From positions 7,107 to 71,106 of the forward strand of contig JBMYMD010000002.1 of NCBI GenBank assembly GCA_049596955.1: 64,000 bases of DNA, written 5' to 3'. This DNA is from Flavobacteriaceae bacterium (GTDB lineage Bacteria; Bacteroidota; Bacteroidia; Flavobacteriales; Flavobacteriaceae). The position numbers were made by a program, and so were the translations under genes. Numbering within the stretch: the first letter of the stretch is position 1; every line of letters starts with the position of its first letter. Below the pieces are notes generated by a model. That model ran no database searches, was not told the origin of the DNA, and saw nothing but the letters and a program-made list of their open reading frames with translations. This document shows, in pieces, positions 17,690 to 28,145 of this stretch.

Positions 17690-20184
17690 TTCTTTTTAGC
17701 TTTGGTGGATGTCTTTTTTTTGCGAGTTGTTTTTTTAGGTGTTTTTGATTCGATAAGGGCTTTGACTTCTTCGAGACTCAAGGCAGTAGGATCAACATCC
17801 TTAAGTAATTCTACCTTTATTTTTTTGTGTATGATATTGTGCCTTCCCCAACGCGCTTTTTCAATTCTAATATCCTCCTCTGGCCAATTACAAACTACTT
17901 TTTCAGCTTCTTTCTTCTTTTTGTCTTCAATGAGCGCAACGATATCACTTTCACTCAAATGATCAAAGTCGTATTTCTTATTGACATTGATGAATAGTCC
18001 ATTCCATTTGATAAAGGGGCCAAATCGGCCTTTACCCTTGGTAACATCCATACCTTCATAAACATATATAGGCGCATCAGCGCGCTCCTTTTCTTCAATA
18101 AGCTCTGAAGCTCGGTCCAAATCAACACTAAAAACGTCATCTGATGCCATGAGTGAAACAAACTTTTTTCCATAGCGTACATACGGTCCAAATCTACCTA
18201 CGTTTGCTTCTACTTCCTCTCCTTTGTAAATCCCAAGTTTACGCGGGAGTTTAAACAAATCAAGTGCCTCTTCAAAACTTATATTCGTAATAGATTGATG
18301 AGGCAGTAAACTTGCATACACTGGGGTTTGCTCATCATCTGGACTCCCAATTTGTGCCATTGCACCGTATCGTCCAAGGCGCACAATAACTTGTCGGCCA
18401 GATTTAGGATCTTCACCGAGATAACGCTCTCCACTTGCACGGTCTGCATGAGCAGCAACCTTTTCTACATCCGGATGAAAATCCGCATAAAACGATTTCA
18501 TCAATTGCTGCCAGTCTTTAGAACCTGCGGCAATTTCATCAAAATCTTCTTCAACTTTTGCCGTAAAATTATAGTCTAATATGCGTTCAAAATGGTCAAC
18601 CAGAAAATCGTTAACCACAAAACCTATATCCGTAGGTACTAGTTTACCTTTGTCAGAACCTGTATTTTCTTTAAGTTCATTGCTGTTGACAACACCCTCT
18701 TTTAGAATCAATTGTGTGTAGGCTCTTTCCTTTCCCTCAATACTTCCTTTTTCGACGTATTTCTTATCAATAATTCTAGAAATAGTGGCAGCATAAGTTG
18801 AAGGTCTACCAATACCCAACTCTTCTAATTTTTTGACCAAGCTCGCTTCAGAATACCTGTAAGGGGGTCTACTAAAACGTTCAGTAGCAGTGATACTCTT
18901 ATATTGTAGCGGCTGTTCTTTTTGAAGCGGAGGTAATATCGTGTTGTCTTCTTTGAGGTCTTCATCATCGACACTCTCAAGGTATACTTTTAAAAATCCG
19001 TCAAAAGTGACAATCTCTCCATTAGCTGCAAAATATTGATCATTAGCCGTATTCTTTATTTTGACCTTTGTGCGCTCTAGTTGTGCATCACTCATTTGCG
19101 AGGCTAATGCTCTTTTGTAAATAAGCTCGTATAAACGATCTTGATCTCTGTCTTTTGCAATTGATTTCAGCTCAAAATTTGTAGGCCTTATCGCTTCGTG
19201 TGCTTCTTGTGCTCCCTTACTTTTTGAACTGAACTGACGTTGTTTTGCATAGTTGGCACCAAATTGATCCGTAATTGCTTTTTCAGCAGCTTGAATTGCC
19301 TCTGAAGAAAGGTTTACACTGTCGGTTCTCATGTAGGTGATTAAACCTGCTTCATAAAGCCTTTGTGCCACCTGCATGGTTTTTCGAACAGGAAAATAGA
19401 GTTTTCTCGAAGCTTCTTGCTGTAAGGTAGAAGTCGTAAAAGGAGCCGAAGGGGCGCGTTTGGCGGGCTTTTTTTCTAATGTATCTATTGAAAATTGCGC
19501 TGAAGACAATTCGTTTAAAAAGTCTGCAGATTCCTGGGCTGTCTTAAAAGTCTTACTGAGTTTTGCTTCAAAAGATTGACCATTCTCTGTGCTGAAAATG
19601 GCCTTTATGCGAAAGCTTGCCTCAGTTTTAAAGTCTTGTATTTCACGCTCCCGCTCAACGATCAATCGAACAGCAACAGATTGCACACGTCCGGCAGATA
19701 AGCCCGGCTTTATTTTTTTCCACAGTACAGGGGAGAGTTCATACCCCACAATACGATCAAGCACTCTTCTGGCCTGTTGTGCGTTAACCAGGTCAATATT
19801 GATTGAACGGGGATTTTGAATCGCTTTCTCTATAGCCGTTTTCGTAATGGAATTAAAAACAATTCGCTTTGTTTTTGAAGCATCTAGCTCCAAGGTTTCC
19901 ATTAGGTGCCAAGAAATAGCCTCTCCCTCTCGATCTTCATCACTTGCCAGCCAAATAGTATCCGCTTTATTAGAAAGGGATTTTAATTTTGCGACCTGAG
20001 GTTTGCTGCGATCACTTACCGTATATTTTACTTGAAAATTTTGTGCTATGTCAATGCCCATTTCATTTTCAGGGAGGTCAGCAATATGACCATAACTCGA
20101 CTCCACCTTAAAATCTTTTCCGAGAATTTTCTCAATCGTTTTCGCCTTTGCGGGCGACTCCACAATCACCAAATTTGAAGCCAT
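17686..20184 (-). CDS. topA: DNA topoisomerase I (type IA)
   Basis: TOPRIM N-terminus (LVIVESPAKAKTIEKILG), the active-site region ITYMRTDS, C-terminal repeats and a Lys-rich tail. Confidence 0.97.
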   Translation of the reverse strand: MASNLVIVESPAKAKTIEKILGKDFKVESSYGHIADLPENEMGIDIAQNFQVKYTVSDRSKPQVAKLKSLSNKADTIWLASDEDREGEAISWHLMETLELDASKTKRIVFNSITKTAIEKAIQNPRSINIDLVNAQQARRVLDRIVGYELSPVLWKKIKPGLSAGRVQSVAVRLIVEREREIQDFKTEASFRIKAIFSTENGQSFEAKLSKTFKTAQESADFLNELSSAQFSIDTLEKKPAKRAPSAPFTTSTLQQEASRKLYFPVRKTMQVAQRLYEAGLITYMRTDSVNLSSEAIQAAEKAITDQFGANYAKQRQFSSKSKGAQEAHEAIRPTNFELKSIAKDRDQDRLYELIYKRALASQMSDAQLERTKVKIKNTANDQYFAANGEIVTFDGFLKVYLESVDDEDLKEDNTILPPLQKEQPLQYKSITATERFSRPPYRYSEASLVKKLEELGIGRPSTYAATISRIIDKKYVEKGSIEGKERAYTQLILKEGVVNSNELKENTGSDKGKLVPTDIGFVVNDFLVDHFERILDYNFTAKVEEDFDEIAAGSKDWQQLMKSFYADFHPDVEKVAAHADRASGERYLGEDPKSGRQVIVRLGRYGAMAQIGSPDDEQTPVYASLLPHQSITNISFEEALDLFKLPRKLGIYKGEEVEANVGRFGPYVRYGKKFVSLMASDDVFSVDLDRASELIEEKERADAPIYVYEGMDVTKGKGRFGPFIKWNGLFINVNKKYDFDHLSESDIVALIEDKKKKEAEKVVCNWPEEDIRIEKARWGRHNIIHKKIKVELLKDVDPTALSLEEVKALIESKTPKKTTRKKKTSTKAKKK

Positions 20185-20477
20185 AGAATTCTTTTAATGA
20201 AAACAAAAATAGGAACATTTTGAGCTAACATCAGCCATATATATAGTAAGAAAAACGTTAAAAATTTATCAAAATACTGATTACCAATAATTTAAATAAT
20301 TGTAAATCAAGGCCAAAGAAGTACAAAACAGCAGTTGCCTAATGCGTATCAGAGGTGTTTTTTTAAAAAAAAGAACGAGAACTTTTTTCTCACCTGCCCT
20401 ATTCTGAAAGCCTTACAAGTCGAAGGAAAAGTTACCAAAGTTCGACTGACAAAATGTCATTTTTTTAGATTATTTCT

Positions 20478-20485
20478 TACCTTTG
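20478..20485 (+). promoter_or_regulatory. candidate -7 promoter box (TAccTTTG) for miaB
   Basis: Exact TAnnTTTG match, 64 nt upstream of the miaB ATG. It leaves a structured leader with mini-ORFs (see findings). Confidence 0.4.
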
Positions 20486-20549
20486 CCAGGCTGTAGTAAA
20501 TGCTTGTTATAAACATAAATGCTACAGCAAAACTCAATTTTTAAGATAA

Positions 20550-22010
20550 ATGCTACAAGAAGAGAATAAAAATCCCAACAAATACAACGGAGAGGTTTTA
20601 GAGCTTCATACCGATGAGGCTGGCTCTAGGACGAAAAAAATGTTTATTGAAAGCTACGGTTGTCAAATGAATTTCTCCGATAGTGAAATTGTCGCATCTA
20701 TCTTATCAAAAGAAGGGTTTCAAACTACAACAGCAATAGATCAGGCTGATTTAATTCTAGTCAACACCTGTTCAATACGAGAAAAAGCAGAACAAACCGT
20801 TCGAAATCGCTTAGACAAATTCAACAGTCTAAAACGAAATAATCCCAATCTTAAAGTTGGTGTCTTAGGTTGTATGGCTGAACGACTAAAACACAAATTT
20901 TTAGAAGAAGAAAAGATTGTAGATATGGTGGTGGGGCCTGACGCTTACAAAGACCTACCTAATCTCATCGCAGAGGTGGAACAAGGAAGAGATGCAGTCA
21001 ATGTCATACTTTCTAAGGAAGAGACTTACGGAGATATTGCTCCAGTGCGCTTGAATTCAAATGGAGTTACAGCTTTCGTTTCAATAACACGTGGCTGCGA
21101 CAATATGTGTACCTTTTGTGTAGTGCCCTTTACTAGAGGTAGAGAGCGAAGTAGAGATCCCCAATCTATCGTAGAAGAAATCAATGAACTTTGGGATAAA
21201 GGCTTTAAAGAAGTTACACTACTTGGACAAAATGTAGACAGTTATTTGTGGTATGGTGGAGGATTAAAAAAAGACTTCGAAAAAGCCAGTGATTTTCAAA
21301 AAGCCACAGCAGTTCGCTTTTCAGACCTATTAGAAAAAGTGGCGCTAGCTCAGCCAAAAATGAGAATTCGATTTTCGACTTCAAATCCTCAAGACATGAC
21401 ACTTGACGTGATTCATACCATGGCCAAATACGAGAACATTTGCAATTATATTCACCTGCCAGTCCAAAGTGGATCAGATCGAATCTTAAAGAAAATGAAT
21501 CGTCTTCACACTCGAGCTGAATACATCACTCTTATTGAACAAATTAAAAATATCATTCCAGATTGCGCCATATCACAAGATATGATTGCCGGCTTTCCAA
21601 CTGAGACTGAGGAAGATCATCAGGACACCCTATCGCTTATGGAAACTGTGCAATACGCCTTTGGATTCATGTTTGCCTATTCAGAGCGTCCCGGCACAAT
21701 GGCAGCACGAAAATTTGAAGATGACATTCCGTTAGAAACCAAAAAACGCAGACTTACTGAAATCATCAATATGCAGCAAAAGCACAGTTTGTCAGAAATG
21801 AAAAAACACATCGGTAAAACTGAAGAAGTACTCATTGAAGGGGATTCTAAAAAATCAGCAGACTTTTTTATGGGCAGAAACACCCAAAACGCAGTAGTCG
21901 TCTTTCCTAAAGAGTCCTATAAAGTAGGTGATTATGTAATGGTTGCCATTGAAGACTGCACTGCAGCCACGCTCAAAGGAAATGCAATAGGATACAGCAA
22001 AAACAATTAA
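20550..22010 (+). CDS. miaB: tRNA (N6-isopentenyl-adenosine-37) methylthiotransferase MiaB
   Basis: UPF0004 N-domain ([15 protein letters not shown]), radical-SAM CxxxCxxC ([12 protein letters not shown]), and a C-terminal TRAM domain. Confidence 0.95.
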   Translation: MLQEENKNPNKYNGEVLELHTDEAGSRTKKMFIESYGCQMNFSDSEIVASILSKEGFQTTTAIDQADLILVNTCSIREKAEQTVRNRLDKFNSLKRNNPNLKVGVLGCMAERLKHKFLEEEKIVDMVVGPDAYKDLPNLIAEVEQGRDAVNVILSKEETYGDIAPVRLNSNGVTAFVSITRGCDNMCTFCVVPFTRGRERSRDPQSIVEEINELWDKGFKEVTLLGQNVDSYLWYGGGLKKDFEKASDFQKATAVRFSDLLEKVALAQPKMRIRFSTSNPQDMTLDVIHTMAKYENICNYIHLPVQSGSDRILKKMNRLHTRAEYITLIEQIKNIIPDCAISQDMIAGFPTETEEDHQDTLSLMETVQYAFGFMFAYSERPGTMAARKFEDDIPLETKKRRLTEIINMQQKHSLSEMKKHIGKTEEVLIEGDSKKSADFFMGRNTQNAVVVFPKESYKVGDYVMVAIEDCTAATLKGNAIGYSKNN

Positions 22011-22014
22011 GCCT

Positions 22015-23256
22015 ATGAGTCAATTACAAAGTTTAAAACAGCGTTTTGAAATCATTGGCAACGATGTAAAACTCAATCGTGCCCTAGAAAAAGCAGTTCA
22101 AGTAGGCCCAACCGACATCTCAGTCTTAGTCACTGGTGAAAGCGGAGTGGGTAAAGAAGTTGTACCAAAAATCATACATGCCTTATCGCATCGAAAACAC
22201 AGTAAATACATTGCTGTGAACTGCGGTGCAATTCCAGAAGGAACTATAGATTCTGAACTATTCGGTCACGAAAAAGGCGCATTTACCGGAGCGACTCAAA
22301 CGCGTTCAGGGTATTTTGAAGAAGCTGATGGCGGCACCATTTTTTTAGATGAGGTCGGAGAATTACCACTGACCACCCAGGTGCGATTATTGAGGGTTCT
22401 CGAAAATGGAGAGTTTTTGAAAGTAGGATCTTCAGCGGTTCAAAAGACGAACGTTAGAATCGTGGCTGCAACGAATGTCAATATGCAAGAGGCCATTGCT
22501 AAAAATAAATTTAGAGAAGACCTCTACTATAGACTCTCCACGGTAGAAATTGAAATTCCACCACTTAGAGAGCGAAGAGAAGACATTCATTTACTGTTTA
22601 GAAAGTTTGCTTCTGACTTTGCCAAAAAATACAATATGCCAACCATTAGGCTAGATGAGAATGCCATTCACCTTTTGCAATCCTATTATTGGCCAGGTAA
22701 TATTAGACAGTTGAGAAACACAGCTGAACAATTATCTGTTTTAGAAAAAGAGCGTTTGGTAGAGGGTACTACCCTTCATAACTATTTACCCAATAGAGTG
22801 GCCAATAGACTTCCGGCAATAGTCAACAATAACAGTGAACAGACATCAGATTTTATGCACGAGCGTCAAATCATGTACAAATACTTACACGACCTCAAAA
22901 AAGACGTCACTGATTTGAAGCGAATTGTGGCAACCATGCACAATACGAATGAAACAGATCCGGTGGAGACAGATGAAATTTTGATCGCCAATCAAGTGTC
23001 AAAACCAAGTGAACACAAGCTAGGTAATCCCATTAAACCCGCATTGTTAGAAATGCCTCAAAACAAGCTTGAAAATGATCCTTACGATTATGCAGAAGAT
23101 ATCGCAGAAGAAGAAACCCTATCTTTACACGATACCGAAATCGAGCTGATTAAAAAATCACTCGAACGCAACAGAGGAAAACGAAAGGCGGCTGCCCAAG
23201 AATTAGGGATCTCGGAGCGAACCCTTTACCGAAAGATTAAACAATACGATCTCTGA
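22015..23256 (+). CDS. sigma-54-dependent transcriptional activator (AAA+ plus Fis-type HTH, no N-terminal sensor domain)
   Basis: Walker A GESGVGKE about 40 aa from the N-terminus, the GAFTGA loop (EKGAFTGA), Walker B IFLDEV, the WPGNIRQL block, and a C-terminal HTH AAQELGISERTLYRKIKQY. Confidence 0.9.
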   Translation: MSQLQSLKQRFEIIGNDVKLNRALEKAVQVGPTDISVLVTGESGVGKEVVPKIIHALSHRKHSKYIAVNCGAIPEGTIDSELFGHEKGAFTGATQTRSGYFEEADGGTIFLDEVGELPLTTQVRLLRVLENGEFLKVGSSAVQKTNVRIVAATNVNMQEAIAKNKFREDLYYRLSTVEIEIPPLRERREDIHLLFRKFASDFAKKYNMPTIRLDENAIHLLQSYYWPGNIRQLRNTAEQLSVLEKERLVEGTTLHNYLPNRVANRLPAIVNNNSEQTSDFMHERQIMYKYLHDLKKDVTDLKRIVATMHNTNETDPVETDEILIANQVSKPSEHKLGNPIKPALLEMPQNKLENDPYDYAEDIAEEETLSLHDTEIELIKKSLERNRGKRKAAAQELGISERTLYRKIKQYDL

Positions 23257-23259
23257 GCC

Positions 23260-23787
23260 ATGACCAAAAAAATAAGACATTATTGTTTTTACACCTTCGC
23301 TTTTTTACTCTCAGCATGCGGATTAAAAGTGAATTATAACTTTTCTGGAGCGAGTACCGGAACAGCTACGAGTTTTCAAGTCAATTTCTTTCAGAATTAC
23401 GCAGATCAAAGTCCAGGTTCAACCATAGAACCAGGTTTAGATCGCGATTTCACACTTTCGCTACAAGATTTGATTTTGGGATTGACTTCACTAGATTTGA
23501 CCAACACAAATGGGGATTTAATTTACGAAGGAGAAATTACAGAATATCGGGTAGCTCCCATGACTGCTACAGCTAATCAGACTGCAGCACAAAATCGATT
23601 AAGCATGACTGTTAACGTTCGTTTTTACAATACCACCAAAGAAGATGTAGATTTCGAAAGACGTTTTAACTTTTTTTATGACTTTCCAGCCTCACAATTG
23701 CTGGAATCAGTCAAATCCGAAGCACATGCAGCCCTTTTTGAACGTTTGACACAAGATATTTTTAACGCCTCACTGGCGGATTGGTAA
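23260..23787 (+). CDS. lptE: LptE-like LPS-assembly lipoprotein
   Basis: Lipobox LLSACG. Its size of about 175 aa and its conserved position after the EBP in Bacteroidota support the call. The family assignment is from memory of synteny and length, not a strong motif. Confidence 0.6.
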   Translation: MTKKIRHYCFYTFAFLLSACGLKVNYNFSGASTGTATSFQVNFFQNYADQSPGSTIEPGLDRDFTLSLQDLILGLTSLDLTNTNGDLIYEGEITEYRVAPMTATANQTAAQNRLSMTVNVRFYNTTKEDVDFERRFNFFYDFPASQLLESVKSEAHAALFERLTQDIFNASLADW

Positions 23788-25142
23788 TGATGAATAAGGA
23801 ACAGTTTTTATCAGTATTGCAAAATAAAAAAGCCCCGAGAAATGAGGCTGAAATCAATGGTTTAAAAGAATTGATAAAGGCCTACCCCTACATGCAAAAC
23901 GCTTGGGCTCTTTACCTAAAAAGCTTAGATATAGACAAAGACGAGGCATTTGATGCTACACTGAAAAAAACAGCAATTCGCACAAATGACAGATCACTTC
24001 TCTTCGATTACATCAATGCAAAAGAAGAGGTCAAAGAAGAAGAAAGCCCTGATCTGGTCAAAGCCTCAAATAGTAACTCAGAGAATCGATTAGACGATGC
24101 ACTTGAATTGAGTTCAGAGCAAGGAAAAAAAGAAGAACAGAGCTCCGAAAATTTTGTAAATGAACTACTTCAAAACGAATCAGTACATGATTTAAGTTCT
24201 AGCGAAGAAAAAGAAGAGCCCGAAGAAAAAGAAACAACTCCAATTGAAATTCCAGGTCAGAACATTAGTTTCGGAGAAGAAAAAAATACTTTCAACACCA
24301 GAGAAGAAAAACTTGAGATTGTTGAAAACGAGTCTGTTCTTGAAGAAATTTTACCTGCCCAAGAAGTGACTGAAATACCTTCTGAGTTATCCATCGAAGA
24401 TTCTTTACAGAATAGTGAAGAACAAGTGAAGGACTCCGTTGAAGAAGATATTGAAACCACTGATGAGTCACACCTGATTGAAGACGAAAATCAATTCAAT
24501 GATGAACTCAACAACGACGATGAATATGATGATGAAGACATTAACTCCAAGATTAGAAGATTAGAGGTCATCATAGGCGAAATGAGTTTTGACGAAAAAG
24601 AAGTGAGCTCTGAGCAAGTTAACAATGAAACTAGCCCATCTGAAATAGAAGCTGAAAATGCAGAAGAGCAACATGAGGAAAGTAAAGACGTTGAAGCTAA
24701 AACAGAAATAGAGGGTACAGTCTCCGAAGGCAGTGAGGCCCAACAAAGAGAAAATAACACAGAGCAAGCCCAAGAGGAGCAGCTGAATTACTTTGAATGG
24801 ATTAAGCAAAGCTCAAAAAACAGTGTAGACGCCTCAAATGAATTAGAAACAGAAGAGCAAGAACGCAAATATGCGCTGTTAGATGCTTTTTTAGAGCGCA
24901 ACCCGAAAATAGTGCCTTCGGACGAAATCAAAGAAATCGACATCGATGCTGCAAGTTCCATCGAAGACAACAATTTGATAACAGAGACTATGGCGCAACT
25001 TTACATGGGTCAAAAGCAATTCAAAAAGGCAATTGAGGCCTATAAGACCTTAATTTTGAAATATCCAGAAAAAAGTAGTTTCTTTGCCATCCAAATTCAA
25101 GAAGCCCAGAGGCTTATTGATCATCAAAAAGACACAGAATGA
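23787..25142 (+). CDS. hypothetical protein with a long acidic low-complexity core and a C-terminal TPR-like helix pair
   Basis: The start is set at the first ATG, which overlaps the lptE TAA by 1 nt. The middle 250 aa or so are E/D/S/N-rich. The C-terminus MAQLYMGQKQFKKAIEAYKTLILKYPEKSSF looks like a TPR. The stop overlaps the secG ATG (ATGA). Confidence 0.6.
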   Translation: MMNKEQFLSVLQNKKAPRNEAEINGLKELIKAYPYMQNAWALYLKSLDIDKDEAFDATLKKTAIRTNDRSLLFDYINAKEEVKEEESPDLVKASNSNSENRLDDALELSSEQGKKEEQSSENFVNELLQNESVHDLSSSEEKEEPEEKETTPIEIPGQNISFGEEKNTFNTREEKLEIVENESVLEEILPAQEVTEIPSELSIEDSLQNSEEQVKDSVEEDIETTDESHLIEDENQFNDELNNDDEYDDEDINSKIRRLEVIIGEMSFDEKEVSSEQVNNETSPSEIEAENAEEQHEESKDVEAKTEIEGTVSEGSEAQQRENNTEQAQEEQLNYFEWIKQSSKNSVDASNELETEEQERKYALLDAFLERNPKIVPSDEIKEIDIDAASSIEDNNLITETMAQLYMGQKQFKKAIEAYKTLILKYPEKSSFFAIQIQEAQRLIDHQKDTE

Positions 25143-25495
25143 GTACATTTTCAATTTTTATGGTTTTAATAGTGATTGTATCACTTTTATTAATGTTAGT
25201 TGTCATGGTGCAGAATCCAAAAGGAGGAGGTTTATCTTCAGCCTTTGGAGGAGAAGGTACTCAGGTCGTTGGTGGAGTTCAAAACACCAATAATTTCTTA
25301 GATAAAAGTACTTGGACTTTGGCTACAATTCTTGTAGTGCTTATTCTATTATCCAATGTATCACTTAAGGGTAGTTTTGGAGAAGGTGATTCTCGTTTAC
25401 TCGACTCATCAGACGAGAACTTTGAATTGGTTCCAGAAGAAGTTGTTCCAGAAGAATTACCTGCAATCCCAGCTGGAGAAGATCCTCAAGAATAA
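25139..25495 (+). CDS. secG: preprotein translocase subunit SecG
   Basis: TM1 followed by QNPKGGGLSSAFGG, a second TM helix, and then an acidic/Pro-rich tail. Confidence 0.85.
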   Translation: MSTFSIFMVLIVIVSLLLMLVVMVQNPKGGGLSSAFGGEGTQVVGGVQNTNNFLDKSTWTLATILVVLILLSNVSLKGSFGEGDSRLLDSSDENFELVPEEVVPEELPAIPAGEDPQE

Positions 25496-25515
25496 ACACA
25501 GAAAACATCAAGAAG

Positions 25516-25548
25516 ATGCCAGCTTATGACAAGCTGGCATTTTTTTTT
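25516..25548 (+). terminator. rho-independent terminator after secG
   Basis: A 10-bp perfect stem ATGCCAGCTT/AAGCTGGCAT with a 5-nt loop, followed by a T8 run. Confidence 0.8.
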
Positions 25549-25619
25549 ACCGCTAATGTCAGTTTTTTTAAATTGGCACAATTTATGACCCTAGAGCAAC
25601 AAATTAAAATGAACATAAA

Positions 25620-25898
25620 ATGGCAAACGTTACAATTAAACCTTTAGCAGACAGAGTTCTAGTTGAACCTATGGAGGCTGAAACCACAACTGCCTCTGGA
25701 ATTATTATACCAGATACAGCTAAAGAAAAACCACAAAAAGGAACTGTGGTAGCTGTTGGACCTGGGACAAAAGATGAATCAATGACTGTTTCAGTTGGAG
25801 ACCAAGTGCTCTATGGAAAATACGCTGGAACAGAGTTAAAACTCGACGGCAATGATTACCTCATCATGCGCGAGAGTGACATCTTAGCAATTGTTTAA
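25620..25898 (+). CDS. groES: co-chaperonin GroES
   Basis: [12 protein letters not shown]...[23 protein letters not shown] is the canonical Cpn10 sequence. Confidence 0.97.
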   Translation: MANVTIKPLADRVLVEPMEAETTTASGIIIPDTAKEKPQKGTVVAVGPGTKDESMTVSVGDQVLYGKYAGTELKLDGNDYLIMRESDILAIV

Positions 25899-25923
25899 TT
25901 AAAAAATTTATAAAAGAATATAG

Positions 25924-27558
<1,635 letters not shown>

Positions 27559-27576
27559 TAAAATTGAAACTTGAAT

Positions 27577-27608
27577 AAAAAAAGCCACCTCAAGTAGGTG
27601 GCTTTTTT
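27577..27608 (+). terminator. rho-independent terminator after groEL
   Basis: Stem AGCCACCT/AGGTGGCT with a 5-nt loop, flanked by an A-run and a T6 run. Confidence 0.8.
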
Positions 27609-27641
27609 AGTTAACTTTATTTTAGCCTAAATTCATCTACC

Positions 27642-28103
27642 ATGGTAAATTTTAAAGAGTTAGAAGTAGCAATACAACAAATAACTACAAACGAAGAACT
27701 GACCGTTTCAGAACGCTTAGAAAACATCTGTGCACATCTTCAATCCTCTGTGGCTCATTACGATTGGGTCGGCTTTTATTTTCACCATGAAGAGAAGCCA
27801 GAACTACATCTAAAAGCATTTGCTGGTGAACCCACTGATCACACAGTTATTCCATTCGGAAAAGGAATCTGTGGACAAGTTGCAGAAAGCAAGAACAACT
27901 TTATTGTTCCAGATGTTCAAGCCCAAGACAATTACATCGCATGCAGCATCAATGTCAAAAGTGAAATCGTAGTACCCCTCTTTGTAGACGGTAAAAACAT
28001 AGGTCAAATTGATATCGATTCAAACACTATAGATGCTTTTGACAAAAAAGATGAACAATTTCTTGAACTTGTTAACAGAATGGTCGCAAGCATTTTGGCT
28101 TAG
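27642..28103 (+). CDS. GAF domain protein (free methionine-(R)-sulfoxide reductase / YebR-like)
   Basis: 153-aa single GAF domain with YDWVGFYF, GKGICGQ and a conserved Cys pattern like the fRMsr family. Confidence 0.7.
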   Translation: MVNFKELEVAIQQITTNEELTVSERLENICAHLQSSVAHYDWVGFYFHHEEKPELHLKAFAGEPTDHTVIPFGKGICGQVAESKNNFIVPDVQAQDNYIACSINVKSEIVVPLFVDGKNIGQIDIDSNTIDAFDKKDEQFLELVNRMVASILA

Positions 28104-28145
28104 CCTCAAAAACATCTAATTTCGCCCTCTTAAAATCAACTCGTT

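Noticed and set aside
24257-24973. A cluster of four minus-strand ORFs (61-89 aa) inside the acidic protein gene.
   Set aside because: They are the complement of GAA/GAT/AGC-rich repetitive coding sequence. This gives Ser/Leu/Phe-rich frames without stop codons, so they are a low-complexity artefact.
25574-25588. A sigma-54-like -24 element (TGGCAC) upstream of groES, tempting given the EBP gene 2 kb upstream.
   Set aside because: The -12 position reads ATGA instead of TTGC, so the conserved GC is missing. The same bases also form a near-consensus housekeeping box, TAaaTTGG, at 25569-25576. A single hexamer match is not enough.
25549-25619. A search for a CIRCE (HrcA) inverted repeat upstream of groES.
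   Set aside because: There is no TTAGCACTC-N9-GAGTGCTAA-like repeat in the spacer. Heat-shock control here must use another mechanism that I cannot read from the sequence.
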